From the human T2T-CHM13v2.0 reference genome, Homo sapiens, in the NCBI RefSeq assembly GCF_009914755.1, contig NC_060939.1: a stretch of 64,000 nt of DNA. The stretch is one strand, 5' to 3'. The position numbers and the translations under genes were made by a program. The notes below the pieces were generated by a model that was not told where the DNA came from, made no database searches, and worked only from the letters and a program-made list of their open reading frames with translations. Position 1 is the stretch's first letter; each line of letters begins with the position of its first letter. Below are positions 11,801 to 27,400 of the stretch, in pieces.

Positions 11801-14800
11801 TCTACTCCAACTGATTCCATTCCATTCTATTCCTTTCCATTCCATTTCATTCCATCCCATTCCATTCCATTCCATTCCATTCCATTCGTGTCCATTCCAC
11901 TCCAGTCCATTCCATTCGTATCCATTCCATTCCAGTCCATTCCATTTGTGTCCACTGCATTCCATTCCACTCCATTCCATATTATTCCATTACACTCCAT
12001 TCCATTCTATTAATTTCATTTCCATTCAATTCCATTCCATTTGATTCCATTCCACTCGGTTTCATTCCATTTGAGTCCACTCCATTCCATTCCATTCCAT
12101 TCAGTTCCATTCCATTCTGTTCCATTCCATTCCGTTCCATTACATTCCATTCCATTCGGTACCATTCCATATTGTTCCATTCGATTCCATTCGAATCCAT
12201 TCCATTCCAGTCCATTCCATTCGATTCCATTCCATTCATTTCAATTCCATTCCATTCCATTCCATTACATTCCACTTGATTCCTCTCCATTCCCTTCCAC
12301 TGCATTCCGTTCGATTCCATTCCATTGCATTGCATTCCATTCCATTGGATTGCATTCCATTCGATTCCATTCCATTCGAATCAATTACATAGCAATCCAT
12401 TACATTCGAGTCTATTCTCTTCCGTTCCATTCGATTTCGTTCCAATCCATTCGATTCCATTCCATTCGATTCCATTCCATACTATTGCATTCCATTCGAT
12501 TACATTATATTCGAATAAGTTCCATTCAAGACCATTTCTTTTGAGTCCATTCTATTTGAGTCCATTCCCTTTGATTCCATAACATTTGAGTCCATTCAAT
12601 TCCATTCGTTTCGTTTCCATTCCATTTGATGCCATTCCATTCAATTCTGTTCTACTCGACTCCAATATATTCAATTCCATTCCATCCGATTCCATTACAT
12701 TCTTTTCATTTCTTATCCATTTCAAGCCATTCCACTCCATTCCATTCCACTCGTTTCCTTTCCATTCGAGTCCATTCCTCTCCAGTCCATTCCGTTCAAT
12801 CCATTCCATTACAGTCCATTCCATTCGAGTCCGTTCCATTCCAGTCCATTCCATTCGAGTCAATTCCATTCCATTCGATGTCTTTCCATAACGATCCATT
12901 CCATTCTATTCCTTTCGATTCCATTCCATTCTATTTCATTCCATTCGATTCCCTTCCATTGGACTCCCTTCCATTCGAGTGCATTCCATTCCGTTCCATT
13001 TCTTTCCATTCTGTACGATTCCTACCGTTCGATTTCATTTTGTTCCAGTCCATTCCTTTCGCGACCATTCCATTCCATTTCACTCCATTCGATTCCATTC
13101 CACTCGATTCCACTTCGTTCCATTTCATTGCATTCCATTCTATTCAACTCTATTGCCTTCCATTCCATTCCATTCGATTACATTCCATGCGATTCCATTC
13201 GAAATCGAATCAATTACATTGCAATCCATTACTATTGAGTCCATTTTATTCCAGTCCACTGCATTCTGGTCCATTCCATTTGATTCCATTCCATTCTATT
13301 CCATTCCATACAGTTGCATTCCGTTGGATTCCATTCTATATCCATAAAATCAATTCGAGACCATTGCTTTTGAGTCCATTCTATATGATTCCATTCCATT
13401 CAAGTCCATTACATTTGGTTCAATTCCATTCCATTCCATTCCCTTCCATTCCATTCCAGTTGATATCAATCCATTCGATTCCATTCCATTCGAGCACATT
13501 CCATTCGAGTCCATTCCATTCGATGCCATTCCATTTGATTCTATTCCATTAGTCTCCATTCAATTCCATTAATCTCCATTCCATTCCATTCTACTCCAAC
13601 TGATTCCATTCCATTCTATTCCTTTCCATTCCATTTCATTCCATTCCATTCCATTTCATTCCATTCCATTCCATTCGTGTCCATTCCACTCCAGTCCATT
13701 CCATTCGTGTCCATTCCATTCCAGTCCATTCCATTTGTGTCCACTGCATTCCATTCCACTCCATTCCATATTATTCCATTACACTCCATTCCATTCTATT
13801 ACTTTCATTTCCATTCAATTCCATTCCATTTGATTCCATTCCACTCGGTTTCATTCCATTTGAGTCCACTCCATTCCATTCCATTCCATTCCATTCCATT
13901 CCATTCCATTCAGTTCCATTCCATTCTGTTCCATTCCATTCCGTTCCATTACATTCCATTCCATTCGGTACCATTCCATATTGTTCCATTCGATTCCATT
14001 CGAATCCATTCCATTCCAGTCCATTCCATTCGATTCCATTCCATTCATTTCAATTCCATTCCATTCCATTCCATTCCATTCCACTTGATTCCTCTCCATT
14101 CCCTTCCACTGCATTCCGTTCGATTCCATTCCATTGCATTGCATTCCATTCCATTGGATTGCATTCCATTCGATTCCATTCCATTCGAATCAATTACATA
14201 GCAATCCATTACATTCGAGTCTATTCTCTTCCGTTCCATTCGATTTCGTTCCAATCCATTCGATTCCATTCCATTCGATTCCATTCCATACTATTGCATT
14301 CCATTCGATTACATTATATTCGAATAAGTTCCATTCAAGACCATTTCTTTTGAGTCCATTCTATTTGAGTCCATTCCCTTTGATTCCATAACATTTGAGT
14401 CCATTCAATTCCATTCCTTTCGTTTCCATTCCATTTGATGCCATTCCATTCAATTCTGTTCTACTCGACTCCAATATATTCAATTCCATTCCATCCGATT
14501 CCATTACATTCTTTTCATTTCTTATCCATTTCAAGCCATTCCACTCCATTCCATTCCACTCGTTTCCTTTCCATTCGAGTCCATTCCTCTCCAGTCCATT
14601 CCGTTCAATCCATTCCATTCCAGTCCATTCCATTCGAGTCCGTTCCATTCCAGTCCATTCCATTCGAGTCAATTCCATTCCATTCGATGTCTTTCCATAA
14701 CGATCCATTCCATTCTATTCCTTTCGATTCCATTCCATTCTATTTCATTCCATTCGATTCCCTTCCATTGGACTCCTTTCCATTCGAGTGCATTCCATTC

Positions 14801-17799
14801 CGTTCCATTTCTTTCCATTCTGTACGATTCCTACCGTTAGATTTCATTTTGTTCCAGTCCATTCCTTTCGCGTCCATTCCATTCCATTTCACTCCATTCG
14901 ATTCCATTCCACTCGATTCCACTTCGTTCCATTTCATTGCATTCCATTCTATTCAACTCTATTGCCTTCCATTCCATTCCATTCGATTACATTCCATGCG
15001 ATTCCATTCGAAATCGAATCAATTACATTGCAAACCATTACTATTGAGTCCCTTTTATTCCAGTCCACTGCATTCTGGTCCATTCCATTTGATTCCATTC
15101 CATTCTATTCCATTCCATACAGTTGCATTCCATTGGATTCCATGCTATATCTATAAATTCAATTCGAGACCATTGCTTTTGAGTCCATTCTATATGATTC
15201 CATTCCATTCAAGTCCATTACATTTGGTTCAATTCCATTCCATTCCATTCCCTTTCATTCCATTCCATTTGATATCAATCCATTCGATTCCATTCCATTC
15301 GAGCACATTCCATTCGAGTCCATTCCATTCGATGCCATTCCATTTGATTCTATTCCATTAGTCTCCATTCAATTCCATTAATCTCCATTCCATTCCATTC
15401 TACTCCAACTGATTCCATTCCATTCTATTCCTTTCCATTCCATTTCATTCCATTCCATTTCATTCCATTCCATTCCATTCGTGTCCATTCCACTCCAGTC
15501 CATTCCATTCGTGTCCATTCCATTCCAGTCCATTCCATTTGTGTCCACTGCATTCCATTCCACTCCATTCCATATTATTCCATTACACTCCCTTCCATTC
15601 TATTACTTTCATTTCCATTCAATTCCATTCCATTTGATTCCATTCCACTCGGTTTCATTCCATTTGAGTCCACTCCATTCCATTCCATTCCATTCCATTC
15701 AGTTCCATTCCATTCTGTTCCATTCCATTCCGTTCCATTACATTCCATTCCATTCGGTACCATTCCATATTGTTCCATTCGATTCCATTCGAATCCATTC
15801 CATTCCAGTCCATTCCATTCGATTCCATTCCATTCATTTCAATTCCATTCCATTCCATTCCATTACATTCCACTTGATTCCTCTCCATTCCCTTCCACTG
15901 CATTCCGTTCGATTCCATTCCATTGCATTGCATTCCATTCCATTGGATTGCATTCCATTCGATTCCATTCCATTCGAATCAATTACATAGCAATCCATTA
16001 CATTCGAGTCTATTCTATTCCGTTCCATTCGATTTCGTTCCAATCCATTCGATTCCATTCCATTCGATTCCATTCCATACTATTGCATTCCATTCGATTA
16101 CATTATATTCGAATAAGTTCCATTCAAGACCATTTCTTTTGAGTCCATTCTATTTGAGTCCATTCCCTTTGATTCCATAACATTTGAGTCCATTCAATTC
16201 CATTCCTTTCGTTTCCATTCCATTTGATGCCATTCCATTCAATTCTGTTCTACTCGACTCCAATACATTCAATTCCATTCCATCCGATTCCATTACATTC
16301 TTTTCATTTCTTATCCATTTCAAGCCATTCCACTCCATTCCATTCCACTCGTTTCCTTTCCATTCGAGTCCATTCCTCTCCAGTCCATTCCGTTCAATCC
16401 ATTCCATTCCAGTCCATTCCATTCGAGTCCGTTCCATTCCAGTCCATTCCATTTGAGTCAATTCCATTCCATTCGATGTCTTTCCATAACGATCCATTCC
16501 ATTCTATTCCTTTCGATTCCATTCCATTCTATTTCATTCCATTCGATTCCCTTCCATTGGACTCCTTTCCATTCGAGTGCATTCCATTCCGTTCCATTTC
16601 TTTCCGTTCTGTACGATTCCTACCGTTCGATTTCATTTTGTTCCAGTCCATTCCTTTCGCGTCCATTCCATTCCATTTCACTCCATTCGATTCCATTCCA
16701 CTCGATTCCACTTCGTTCCATTTCATTGCATTCCATTCTATTCAACTCTATTGCCTTCCATTCCATTCCATTCGATTACATTCCATGCGATTCCATTCGA
16801 AATCGAATCAATTACATTGCAATCCATTACTATTGAGTCCATTTTATTCCAGTCCACTGCATTCTGGTCCATTCCATTTGATTCCATTCCATTCTATTCC
16901 ATTCCATACAGTTGCATTCCGTTGGATTCCATTCTATATCCATAAATTCAATTCGAGACCATTGCTTTTGAGTCCATTCTATATGATTCCATTCCATTCA
17001 AGTCCATTACATTTGGTTCAATTCCATTCCATTCCATTCCCTTCCATTCCATTCCAGTTGATATCAATCCATTCGATTCCATTCCATTCGAGCACATTCC
17101 ATTCGAGTCCATTCCATTCGATGCCATTCCATTTGATTCTATTCCATTAGTCTCCATTCAATTCCATTAATCTCCATTCCATTCCATTCTACTCCAACTG
17201 ATTCCATTCCATTCTATTCCTTTCCATTCCATTTCATTCCATTCCATTCCATTTCATTCCATTCCATTCCATTCGTGTCCATTCCACTCCAGTCCATTCC
17301 ATTCGTGTCTATTCCATTCCAGTCCATTCCATTTGTGTCCACTGCATTCCATTCCACTCCATTCCATATTATTCCATTACACTCCATTCCATTCTATTAC
17401 TTTCATTTCCATTCAATTCCATTCCATTTGATTCCATTCCACTCGGTTTCATTCCATTTGAGTCCACTCCATTCCATTCCATTCCATTCCATTCCATTCA
17501 GTTCCATTCCATTCTGTTCCATTCCATTCCGTTCCATTACATTCCATTCCATTCGGTACCATTCCATATTGTTCCATTCGATTCCATTCGAATCCATTCC
17601 ATTCCAGTCCATTCCATTCGATTCCATTCCATTCATTTCAATTCCATTCCATTCCATTCCATTCCATTCCACTTGATTCCTCTCCATTCCTTTCCACTGC
17701 ATTCCGTTCGATTCCATTCCATTGCATTGCATTCCATTGGATTGCATTCCATTCGATTCCATTCCATTCGAATCAATTACATAGCAATCCATTACATTC

Positions 17800-20700
17800 G
17801 AGTCTATTCTCTTCCGTTCCATTCGATTTCGTTCCAATCCATTCGATTCCATTCCATTCGATTCCATTCCATACTATTGCATTCCATTCGATTACATTAT
17901 ATTCGAATAAGTTCCATTCAAGACCATTTCTTTTGAGTCCATTCTATTTGAGTCCATTCCCTTTGATTCCATAACATTTGAGTCCATTCAATTCCATTCC
18001 TTTCGTTTCCATTCCATTTGATGCCATTCCATTCAATTCTGTTCTACTCGACTCCAATATATTCAATTCCATTCCATCCGATTCCATTACATTCTTTTCA
18101 TTTCTTATCCATTTCAAGCCATTCCACTCCATTCCATTCCACTCGTTTCCTTTCCATTCGAGTCCATTCCTCTCCAGTCCATTCCGTTCAATCCATTCCA
18201 TTCCAGTCCATTCCATTCGAGTCCGTTCCATTCCAGTCCATTCCATTCGAGTCAATTCCATTCCATTCGATGTCTTTCCATAACGATCCATTCCATTCTA
18301 TTCCTTTCGATTCCATTCCATTCTATTTCATTCCATTCGATTCCCTTCCTTTGGAGTCCTTTCCATTCGAGTGCATTCCATTCCGTTCCATTTCTTTCCA
18401 TTCTGAACGATTCCTACCGTTCGATTTCATTTTGTTCCAGTCCACTCCTTTCGCGTCCATTCCATTCCATTTCACTCCATTCGATTCCATTCCACTCGAT
18501 TCCACTTCGTTCCATTTCATTGCATTCCATTCTATTCAACTCTATTGCCTTCCATTCCATTCCATTCGATTACATTCCATGCGATTCCATTCGAAATCGA
18601 ATCAATTACATTGCAAACCATTACTATTGAGTCCGTTTTATTCCAGTCCACTGCATTCTGGTCCATTCCATTTGATTCCATTCCATTCTATTCCATTCCA
18701 TACAGTTGCATTCCATTGGATTCCATGCTATATCTATAAATTCAATTCGAGACCATTGCTTTCGAGTCCATTCTATATGATTCCATTCCATTCAAGTCCA
18801 TTACATTTGGTTCAATTCCATTCCATTCCATTCCCTTTCATTCCATTCCATTTGATATCAATCCATTCGATTCCATTCCATTCGAGCACATTCCATTCGA
18901 GTCCATTCCATTCGATGCCATTCCATTTGATTCTATTCCATTAGTCTCCATTCAATTCCATTAATCTCCATTCCATTCCATTCTTCTCCAACTGATTCCA
19001 TTCCATTCTACTCCTTTCCATTCCATTTCATTCCATTCCATTCCATTTCATTCCATTCCATTCCATTCGTGTCCATTCCACTCCAGTCCATTCCATTCGT
19101 GTCCATTCCATTCCAGTCCATTCCATTTGTGTCCACTGCATTCCATTCCACTCCATTCCATATTATTCCATTACACTCCATTCCATTCTATTACTTTCAT
19201 TTCCATTCAATTCCATTCCATTTGATTCCATTCCACTCGGTTTCATTCCATTTGAGTCCACTCCATTCCATTCCATTCCATTCCATTCAGTTCCATTCCA
19301 TTCTGTTCCATTCCATTCCGTTCCATTACATTCCATTCCATTCGGTACCATTCCATATTGTTCCATTCGATTCCATTCGAATCCATTCCATTCCAGTCCA
19401 TTCCATTCGATTCCATTCCATTCATTTCAATTCCATTCCATTCCATTCCATTACATTCCACTTGATTCCTCTCCATTCCCTTCCACTGCATTCCGTTCGA
19501 TTCCATTCCATTGCATTGCGTTCCATTCCATTGGATTGCATTCCATTCGATTCCATTCCATTCGAATCAATTACATAGCAATCCATTACATTCGAGTCTA
19601 TTCTATTCCGTTCCATTCGATTTCGTTCCAATCCATTCGATTCCATTCCATTCGATTCCATTCCATAGTATTGCATTCCATTCGATTACATTATATTCGA
19701 ATAAGTTCCATTCAAGACCATTTCTTTTGAGTCCATTCTATTTGAGTCCATTCCCTTTGATTCCATAACATTTGAGTCCATTCAATTCCATTCCTTTCGT
19801 TTCCATTCCATTTGATGCCATTCCATTCAATTCTGTTCTACTCGACTCCAATACATTCAATTCCATTCCATCCGATTCCATTACATTCTTCTCATTTCTT
19901 ATCCATTTCAAGCCATTCCACTCCATTCCATTCCACTCGTTTCCTTTCCATTCGAGTCCATTCCTCTCCAGTCCATTCCGTTCAATCCATTCCATTCCAG
20001 TCCATTCCATTCGAGTCCGTTCCATTCCAGTCCATTCCATTCGAGTCAATTCCATCCCATTCGATGTCTTTCCATAACGATCCATTCCATTCTATTCCTT
20101 TCGATTCCATTCCATTCTATTTCATTCCATTCGATTCCCTTCCATTGGACTCCTTTCCATTCGAGTGCATTCCATTCCGTTCCATTTCTTTCCGTTCTGT
20201 ACGATTCCTACCGTTCGATTTCATTTTGTTCCAGTCCATTCCTTTCGCGTCCATTCCATTCCATTTCACTCCATTCGATTCCATTCCACTCGATTCCACT
20301 TCGTTCCATTTCATTGCATTCCATTCTATTCAACTCTATTGCCTTCCATTCCATTCCATTCGATTACATTCCATGCGATTCCATTCGAAATCGAATCAAT
20401 TACATTGCAATCCATTACTATTGAGTCCATTTTATTCCAGTCCACTGCATTCTGGTCCATTCCATTTGATTCCATTCCATTCTATTCCATTCCATACAGT
20501 TGCATTCCGTTGGATTCCATTCTATATCCATAAATTCAATTCGAGACCATTGCTTTTGAGTCCATTCTATATGATTCCATTCCATTCAAGTCCATTACAT
20601 TTGGTTCAATTCCATTCCATTCCATTCCCTTCCATTCCATTCCAGTTGATATCAATCCATTCGATTCCATTCCATTCGAGCACATTCCATTCGAGTCCAT

Positions 20701-23700
20701 TCCATTCGATGCCATTCCATTTGATTCTATTCCATTAGTCTCCATTCAATTCCATTAATCTCCATTCCATTCCATTCTACTCCAACTGATTCCATTCCAT
20801 TCTATTCCTTTCCATTCCATTTCATTCCATTCCATTCCATTTCATTCCATTCCATTCCATTCGTGTCCATTCCACTCCAGTCCATTCCATTCGTGTCCAT
20901 TCCATTCCAGTCCATTCCATTTGTGTCCACTGCATTCCATTCCACTCCATTCCATATTATTCCATTACACTCCATTCCATTCTATTACTTTCATTTCCAT
21001 TCAATTCCATTCCATTTGATTCCATTCCACTCGGTTTCATTCCATTTGAGTCCACTCCATTCCATTCCATTCCATTCAGTTCCATTCCATTCTGTTCCAT
21101 TCCATTCCGTTCCATTACATTCCATTCCATTCGGTACCATTCCATATTGTTCCATTCGATTCCATTCGAATCCATTCCATTCCAGTCCATTCCATTCGAT
21201 TCCATTCCATTCATTTCAATTCCATTCCATTCCATTCCATTCCATTCCACTTGATTCCTCTCCATTCCCTTCCACTGCATTCCGTTCGATTCCATTCCAT
21301 TGCATTGCATTCCATTCCATTGGATTGCATTCCATTCGATTCCATTCCATTCGAATCAATTACATAGCAATCCATTACATTCGAGTCTATTCTCTTCCGT
21401 TCCATTCGATTTCGTTCCAATCCATTCGATTCCATTCCATTCGATTCCATTCCATACTATTGCATTCCATTCGATTACATTATATTCGAATAAGTTCCAT
21501 TCAAGACCATTTCTTTTGAGTCCATTCTATTTGAGTCCATTCCCTTTGATTCCATAACATTTGAGTCCATTCAATTCCATTCCTTTCGTTTCCATTCCAT
21601 TTGATGCCATTCCATTCAATTCTGTTCTACTCGACTCCAATATATTCAATTCCATTCCATCCGATTCCATTACATTCTTTTCATTTCTTATCCATTTCAA
21701 GCCATTCCACTCCATTCCATTCCACTCGTTTCCTTTCCATTCGAGTCCATTCCTCTCCAGTCCATTCCGTTCAATCCATTCCATTCCAGTCCATTCCATT
21801 CGAGTCCGTTCCATTCCAGTCCATTCCATTCGAGTCAATTCCATTCCATTCGATGTCTTTCCATAACGATCCATTCCATTCTATTCCTTTCGATTCCATT
21901 CCATTCTATTTCATTCCATTCGATTCCCTTCCATTGGACTCCTTTCCATTCGAGTGCATTCCATTCCGTTCCATTTCTTTCCATTCTGTACGATTCCTAC
22001 CGTTCGATTTCATTTTGTTCCAGTCCATTCCTTTCGCGTCCATTCCATTCCATTTCACTCCATTCGATTCCATTCCACTCGATTCCACTTCGTTCCATTT
22101 CATTGCATTCCATTCTATTCAACTCTATTGCCTTCCATTCCATTCCATTCGATTACATTCCATGCGATTCCATTCGAAATCGAATCAATTACATTGCAAA
22201 CCATTACTATTGAGTCCGTTTTATTCCAGTCCACTGCATTCTGGTCCATTCCATTTGATTCCATTCCATTCTATTCCATTCCATACAGTTGCATTCCATT
22301 GGATTCCATGCTATATCTATAAATTCAATTCGAGACCATTGCTTTTGAGTCCATTCTATATGATTCCATTCCATTCAAGTCCATTACATTTGGTTCAATT
22401 CCATTCCATTCCATTCCCTTTCATTCCATTCCATTTGATATCAATCCATTCGATTCCATTCCATTCGAGCACATTCCATTCGAGTCCATTCCATTCGATG
22501 CCATTCCATTTGATTCTATTCCATTAGTCTCCATTCAATTCCATTAATCTCCATTCCATTCCATTCTACTCCAACTGATTCCATTCCATTCTATTCCTTT
22601 CCATTCCATTTCATTCCATTCCATTCCATTTCATTCCATTCCATTCCATTCGTGTCCATTCCACTCCAGTCCATTCCATTCGTGTCCATTCCATTCCAGT
22701 CCATTCCATTTGTGTCCACTGCATTCCATTCCACTCCATTCCATATTATTCCATTACACTCCATTCCATTCTATTACTTTCATTTCCATTCAATTCCATT
22801 CCATTTGATTCCATTCCACTCGGTTTCATTCCATTTGAGTCCACTCCATTCCATTCCATTCCATTCCATTCAGTTCAATTCCATTCTGTTCCATTCCATT
22901 CCGTTCCATTACATTCCATTCCATTCGGTACCATTCCATATTGTTCCATTCGATTCCATTCGAATCCATTCCATTCCAGTCCATTCCATTCGATTCCATT
23001 CCATTCATTTCAATTCCATTCCATTCCATTCCATTACATTCCACTTGATTCCTCTCCATTCCCTTCCACTGCATTCCGTTCGATTCCATTCCATTGCATT
23101 GCATTCCATTCCATTGGATTGCATTCCATTCGATTCCATTCCATTCGAATCAATTACATAGCAATCCATTACATTCGAGTCTATTCTATTCCGTTCCATT
23201 CGATTTCGTTCCAATCCATTCGATTCCATTCCATTCGATTCCATTCCATACTATTGCATTCCATTCGATTACATTATATTCGAATAAGTTCCATTCAAGA
23301 CCATTTCTTTTGAGTCCATTCTATTTGAGTCCATTCCCTTTGATTCCATAACATTTGAGTCCATTCAATTCCATTCCTTTCGTTTCCATTCCATTTGATG
23401 CCATTCCATTCAATTCTGTTCTACTCGACTCCAATACATTCAATTCCATTCCATCCGATTCCATTACATTCTTTTCATTTCTTATCCATTTCAAGCCATT
23501 CCACTCCATTCCATTCCACTCGTTTCCTTTCCATTCGAGTCCATTCCTCTCCAGTCCATTCCGTTCAATCCATTCCATTCCAGTCCATTCCATTCGAGTC
23601 CGTTCCATTCCAGTCCATTCCATTCGAGTCAATTCCATCCCATTCGATGTCTTTCCATAACGATCCATTCCATTCTATTCCTTTCGATTCCATTCCATTC

Positions 23701-24440
23701 TATTTCATTCCATTCGATTCCCTTCCATTGGACTCCTTTCCATTCGAGTGCATTCCATTCTGTTCCATTTCTTTCCGTTCTGTACGATTCCTACCGTTCG
23801 ATTTCATTTTGTTCCAGTCCATTCCTTTCGCGTCCATTCCATTCCATTTCACTCCATTCGATTCCATTCCACTCGATTCCACTTCGTTCCATTTCATTGC
23901 ATTCCATTCTATTCAACTCTATTGCCTTCCATTCCATTCCATTCGATTACATTCCATGCGATTCCATTCGAAATCGAATCAATTACATTGCAATCCATTA
24001 CTATTGAGTCCATTTTATTCCAGTCCAATGCATTCTGGTCCATTCCATTTGATTCCATTCCATTCTATTCCATTCCATACAGTTGCATTCCGTTGGATTC
24101 CATTCTATATCCATAAATTCAATTCGAGACCATTGCTTTTGAGTCCATTCTATATGATTCCATTCCATTCAAGTCCATTACATTTGGTTCAATTCCATTC
24201 CATTCCATTCCCTTCCATTCCATTCCAGTTGATATCAATCCATTCGATTCCATTCCATTCGAGCACATTCCATTCGAGTCCATTCCATTCGATGCCATTC
24301 CATTTGATTCTATTCCATTAGTCTCCATTCAATTCCATTAATCTCCATTCCATTCCATTCTACTCCAACTGATTCCATTCCATTCTATTCCTTTCCATTC
24401 CATTTCATTCCATTCCATTCCATTTCATTCCATTCCATTC
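17800..24440 (+). repeat. Segmental block U11-U14, copy 1 of a dispersed intra-array duplication
   Basis: Private variants and unit lengths (1794, 1789, 1794) recur at a constant offset of 15,955 bp. Boundaries are approximate. Confidence 0.88.
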
Positions 24441-27400
24441 CATTCGTGTCCATTCCACTCCAGTCCATTCCATTCGTGTCCATTCCATTCCAGTCCATTC
24501 CATTTGTGTCCACTGCATTCCATTCCACTCCATTCCATATTATTCCATTACACTCCATTCCATTCTATTACTTTCATTTCCATTCAATTCCATTCCATTT
24601 GATTCCATTCCACTCGGTTTCATTCCATTTGAGTCCACTCCATTCCATTCCCTTCCATTCCATTCCATTCCATTCAGTTCCATTCCATTCTGTTCCATTC
24701 CATTCCGTTCCATTACATTCCATTCCATTCGGTACCATTCCATATTGTTCCATTCGATTCCATTCGAATCCATTCCATTCCAGTCCATTCCATTCGATTC
24801 CATTCCATTCATTTCAATTCCATTCCATTCCATTCCATTCCATTCCACTTGATTCCTCTCCATTCCCTTCCACTGCATTCCGTTCGATTCCATTCCATTG
24901 CATTGCATTCCATTCCATTGGATTGCATTCCATTCGATTCCATTCCATTCGAATCAATTACATAGCAATCCATTACATTCGAGTCTATTCTCTTCCGTTC
25001 CATTCGATTTCGTTCCAATCCATTCGATTCCATTCCATTCGATTCCATTCCATACTATTGCATTCCATTCGATTACATTATATTCGAATAAGTTCCATTC
25101 AAGACCATTTCTTTTGAGTCCATTCTATTTGAGTCCATTCCATTTGATTCCATAACATTTGAGTCCATTCAATTCCATTCCTTTCGTTTCCATTCCATTT
25201 GATGCCATTCCATTCAATTCTGTTCTACTCGACTCCAATACATTCAATTCCATTCCATCCGATTCCATTACATTCTTTTCATTTCTTATCCATTTCAAGC
25301 CATTCCACTCCATTCCATTCCACTCGTTTCCTTTCCATTCGAGTCCATTCCTCTCCAGTCCATTCCGTTCAATCCATTCCATTCCAGTCCATTCCATTCG
25401 AGTCCGTTCCATTCCAGTCCATTCCATTCGAGTCAATTCCATCCCATTCGATGTCTTTCCATAACGATCCATTCCATTCTATTACTTTCGATTCCATTCC
25501 ATTCTATTTCATTCCATTCGATTCCCTTCCATTGGACTCCTTTCCATTCGAGTGCATTCCATTCCGTTCCATTTCTTTCCGTTCTGTACGATTCCTACCG
25601 TTCGATTTCATTTTGTTCCAGTCCATTCCTTTCGCGTCCATTCCATTCCATTTCACTCCATTCGATTCCATTCCACTCGATTCCACTTCGTTCCATTTCA
25701 TTGCATTCCATTCTATTCAACTCTATTGCCTTCCTTTCCATTCCATTCGATTACATTCCATGCGATTCCATTCGAAATCGAATCAATTACATTGCAATCC
25801 ATTACTATTGAGTCCATTTTATTCCAGTCCACTGCATTCTGGTCCATTCCATTTGATTCCATTCCATTCTATTCCATTCCATACAGTTGCATTCCATTGG
25901 ATTCCATTCTATATCTATAAATTCAATTCGAGACCATTGCTTTTGAGTCCATTCTATATGATTCCATTCCATTCAAGTCCATTACATTTGGTTCAATTCC
26001 ATTCCATTCCATTCCCTTCCATTCCATTCCAGTTGATATCAATCCATTCGATTCCATTCCATTCGAGCACATTCCATTCGAGTCCATTCCATTCGATGCC
26101 ATTCCATTTGATTCTATTCCATTAGTCTCCATTCAATTCCATTAATCTCCATTCCATTCCATTCTACTCCAACTGATTCCATTCCATTCTATTCCTTTCC
26201 ATTCCATTTCATTCCATTCCATTCCATTTCATTCCATTCCATTCCATTCCATTCCATTCCATTCGCTTCCATTCCATTCGTGTCCATTCCATTCCAGTCC
26301 ATTCCATTTGTGTCCACTGCATTCCATTCCACTCCATTCCATATTATTCCATTACACTCCATTCCATTCTATTACTTTCATTTCCATTCAATTCCATTCC
26401 ATTTGATTCCATTCCACTCGGTTTCATTCCATTTGAGTCCACTCCATTGCATTCCATTCCATTCCATTCAGTTCCATTCCATTCTGTTCCATTCCATTCC
26501 GTTCCATTACATTCCATTCCATTCGGTACCATTCCATATTGTTCCATTCGATTCCATTCGAATCCATTCCATTCCAGTCCATTCCATTCGATTCCATTCC
26601 ATTCATTTCAATTCCATTCCATTCCATTCCATTACATTCCACTTGATTCCTCTCCATTCCCTTCCACTGCATTCCGTTCGATTCCATTCCATTGCATTGC
26701 ATTCCATTCCATTGGATTGCATTCCATTCGATTCCATTCCATTCGAATCAATTACATAGCAATCCATTACATTCGAGTCTTTTCTATTCCTTTCCATTCG
26801 ATTTCGTTCCAATCCATTCGATTCCATTCCATTCGATTCCATTCCATACTATTGCATTCCATTCGATTACATTATATTCGAATAAGTTCCATTCAAGACC
26901 ATTTCTTTTGAGTCCATTCTATTTGAGTCCATTCCCTTTGATTCCATAACATTTGAGTCCATTCAATTCCATTCCTTTCGTTTCCATTCCATTTGATGCC
27001 ATTCCATTCAATTCTGTTCTACTCGACTCCAATACATTCAATTCCATTCCATCCGATTCCATTACATTCTTTTCATTTCTTATCCATTTCAAGCCATTCC
27101 ACTCCACTCCATTCCACTCATTTCCTTTCCATTCGAGTCCATTCCTCTCCAGTCCATTCCGTTCTATCCATTCCATTCCAGTCCATTCCATTCGAGTCCG
27201 TTCCATTCCAGTCCATTCCATTCGAGTCAATTCCATTCCATTCGATGTCTTTCCATAACGATCCATTCCATTCTATTCCTTTCAATTCCATTCCATTCTA
27301 TTTCATTCCATTCGATTCCCTTCCATTGGACTCCTTTCCATTCGAGTGCATTCCATTCCTTTCCATTTCTTTCCGTTCTGTACGATTCCTACCGTTCGAT

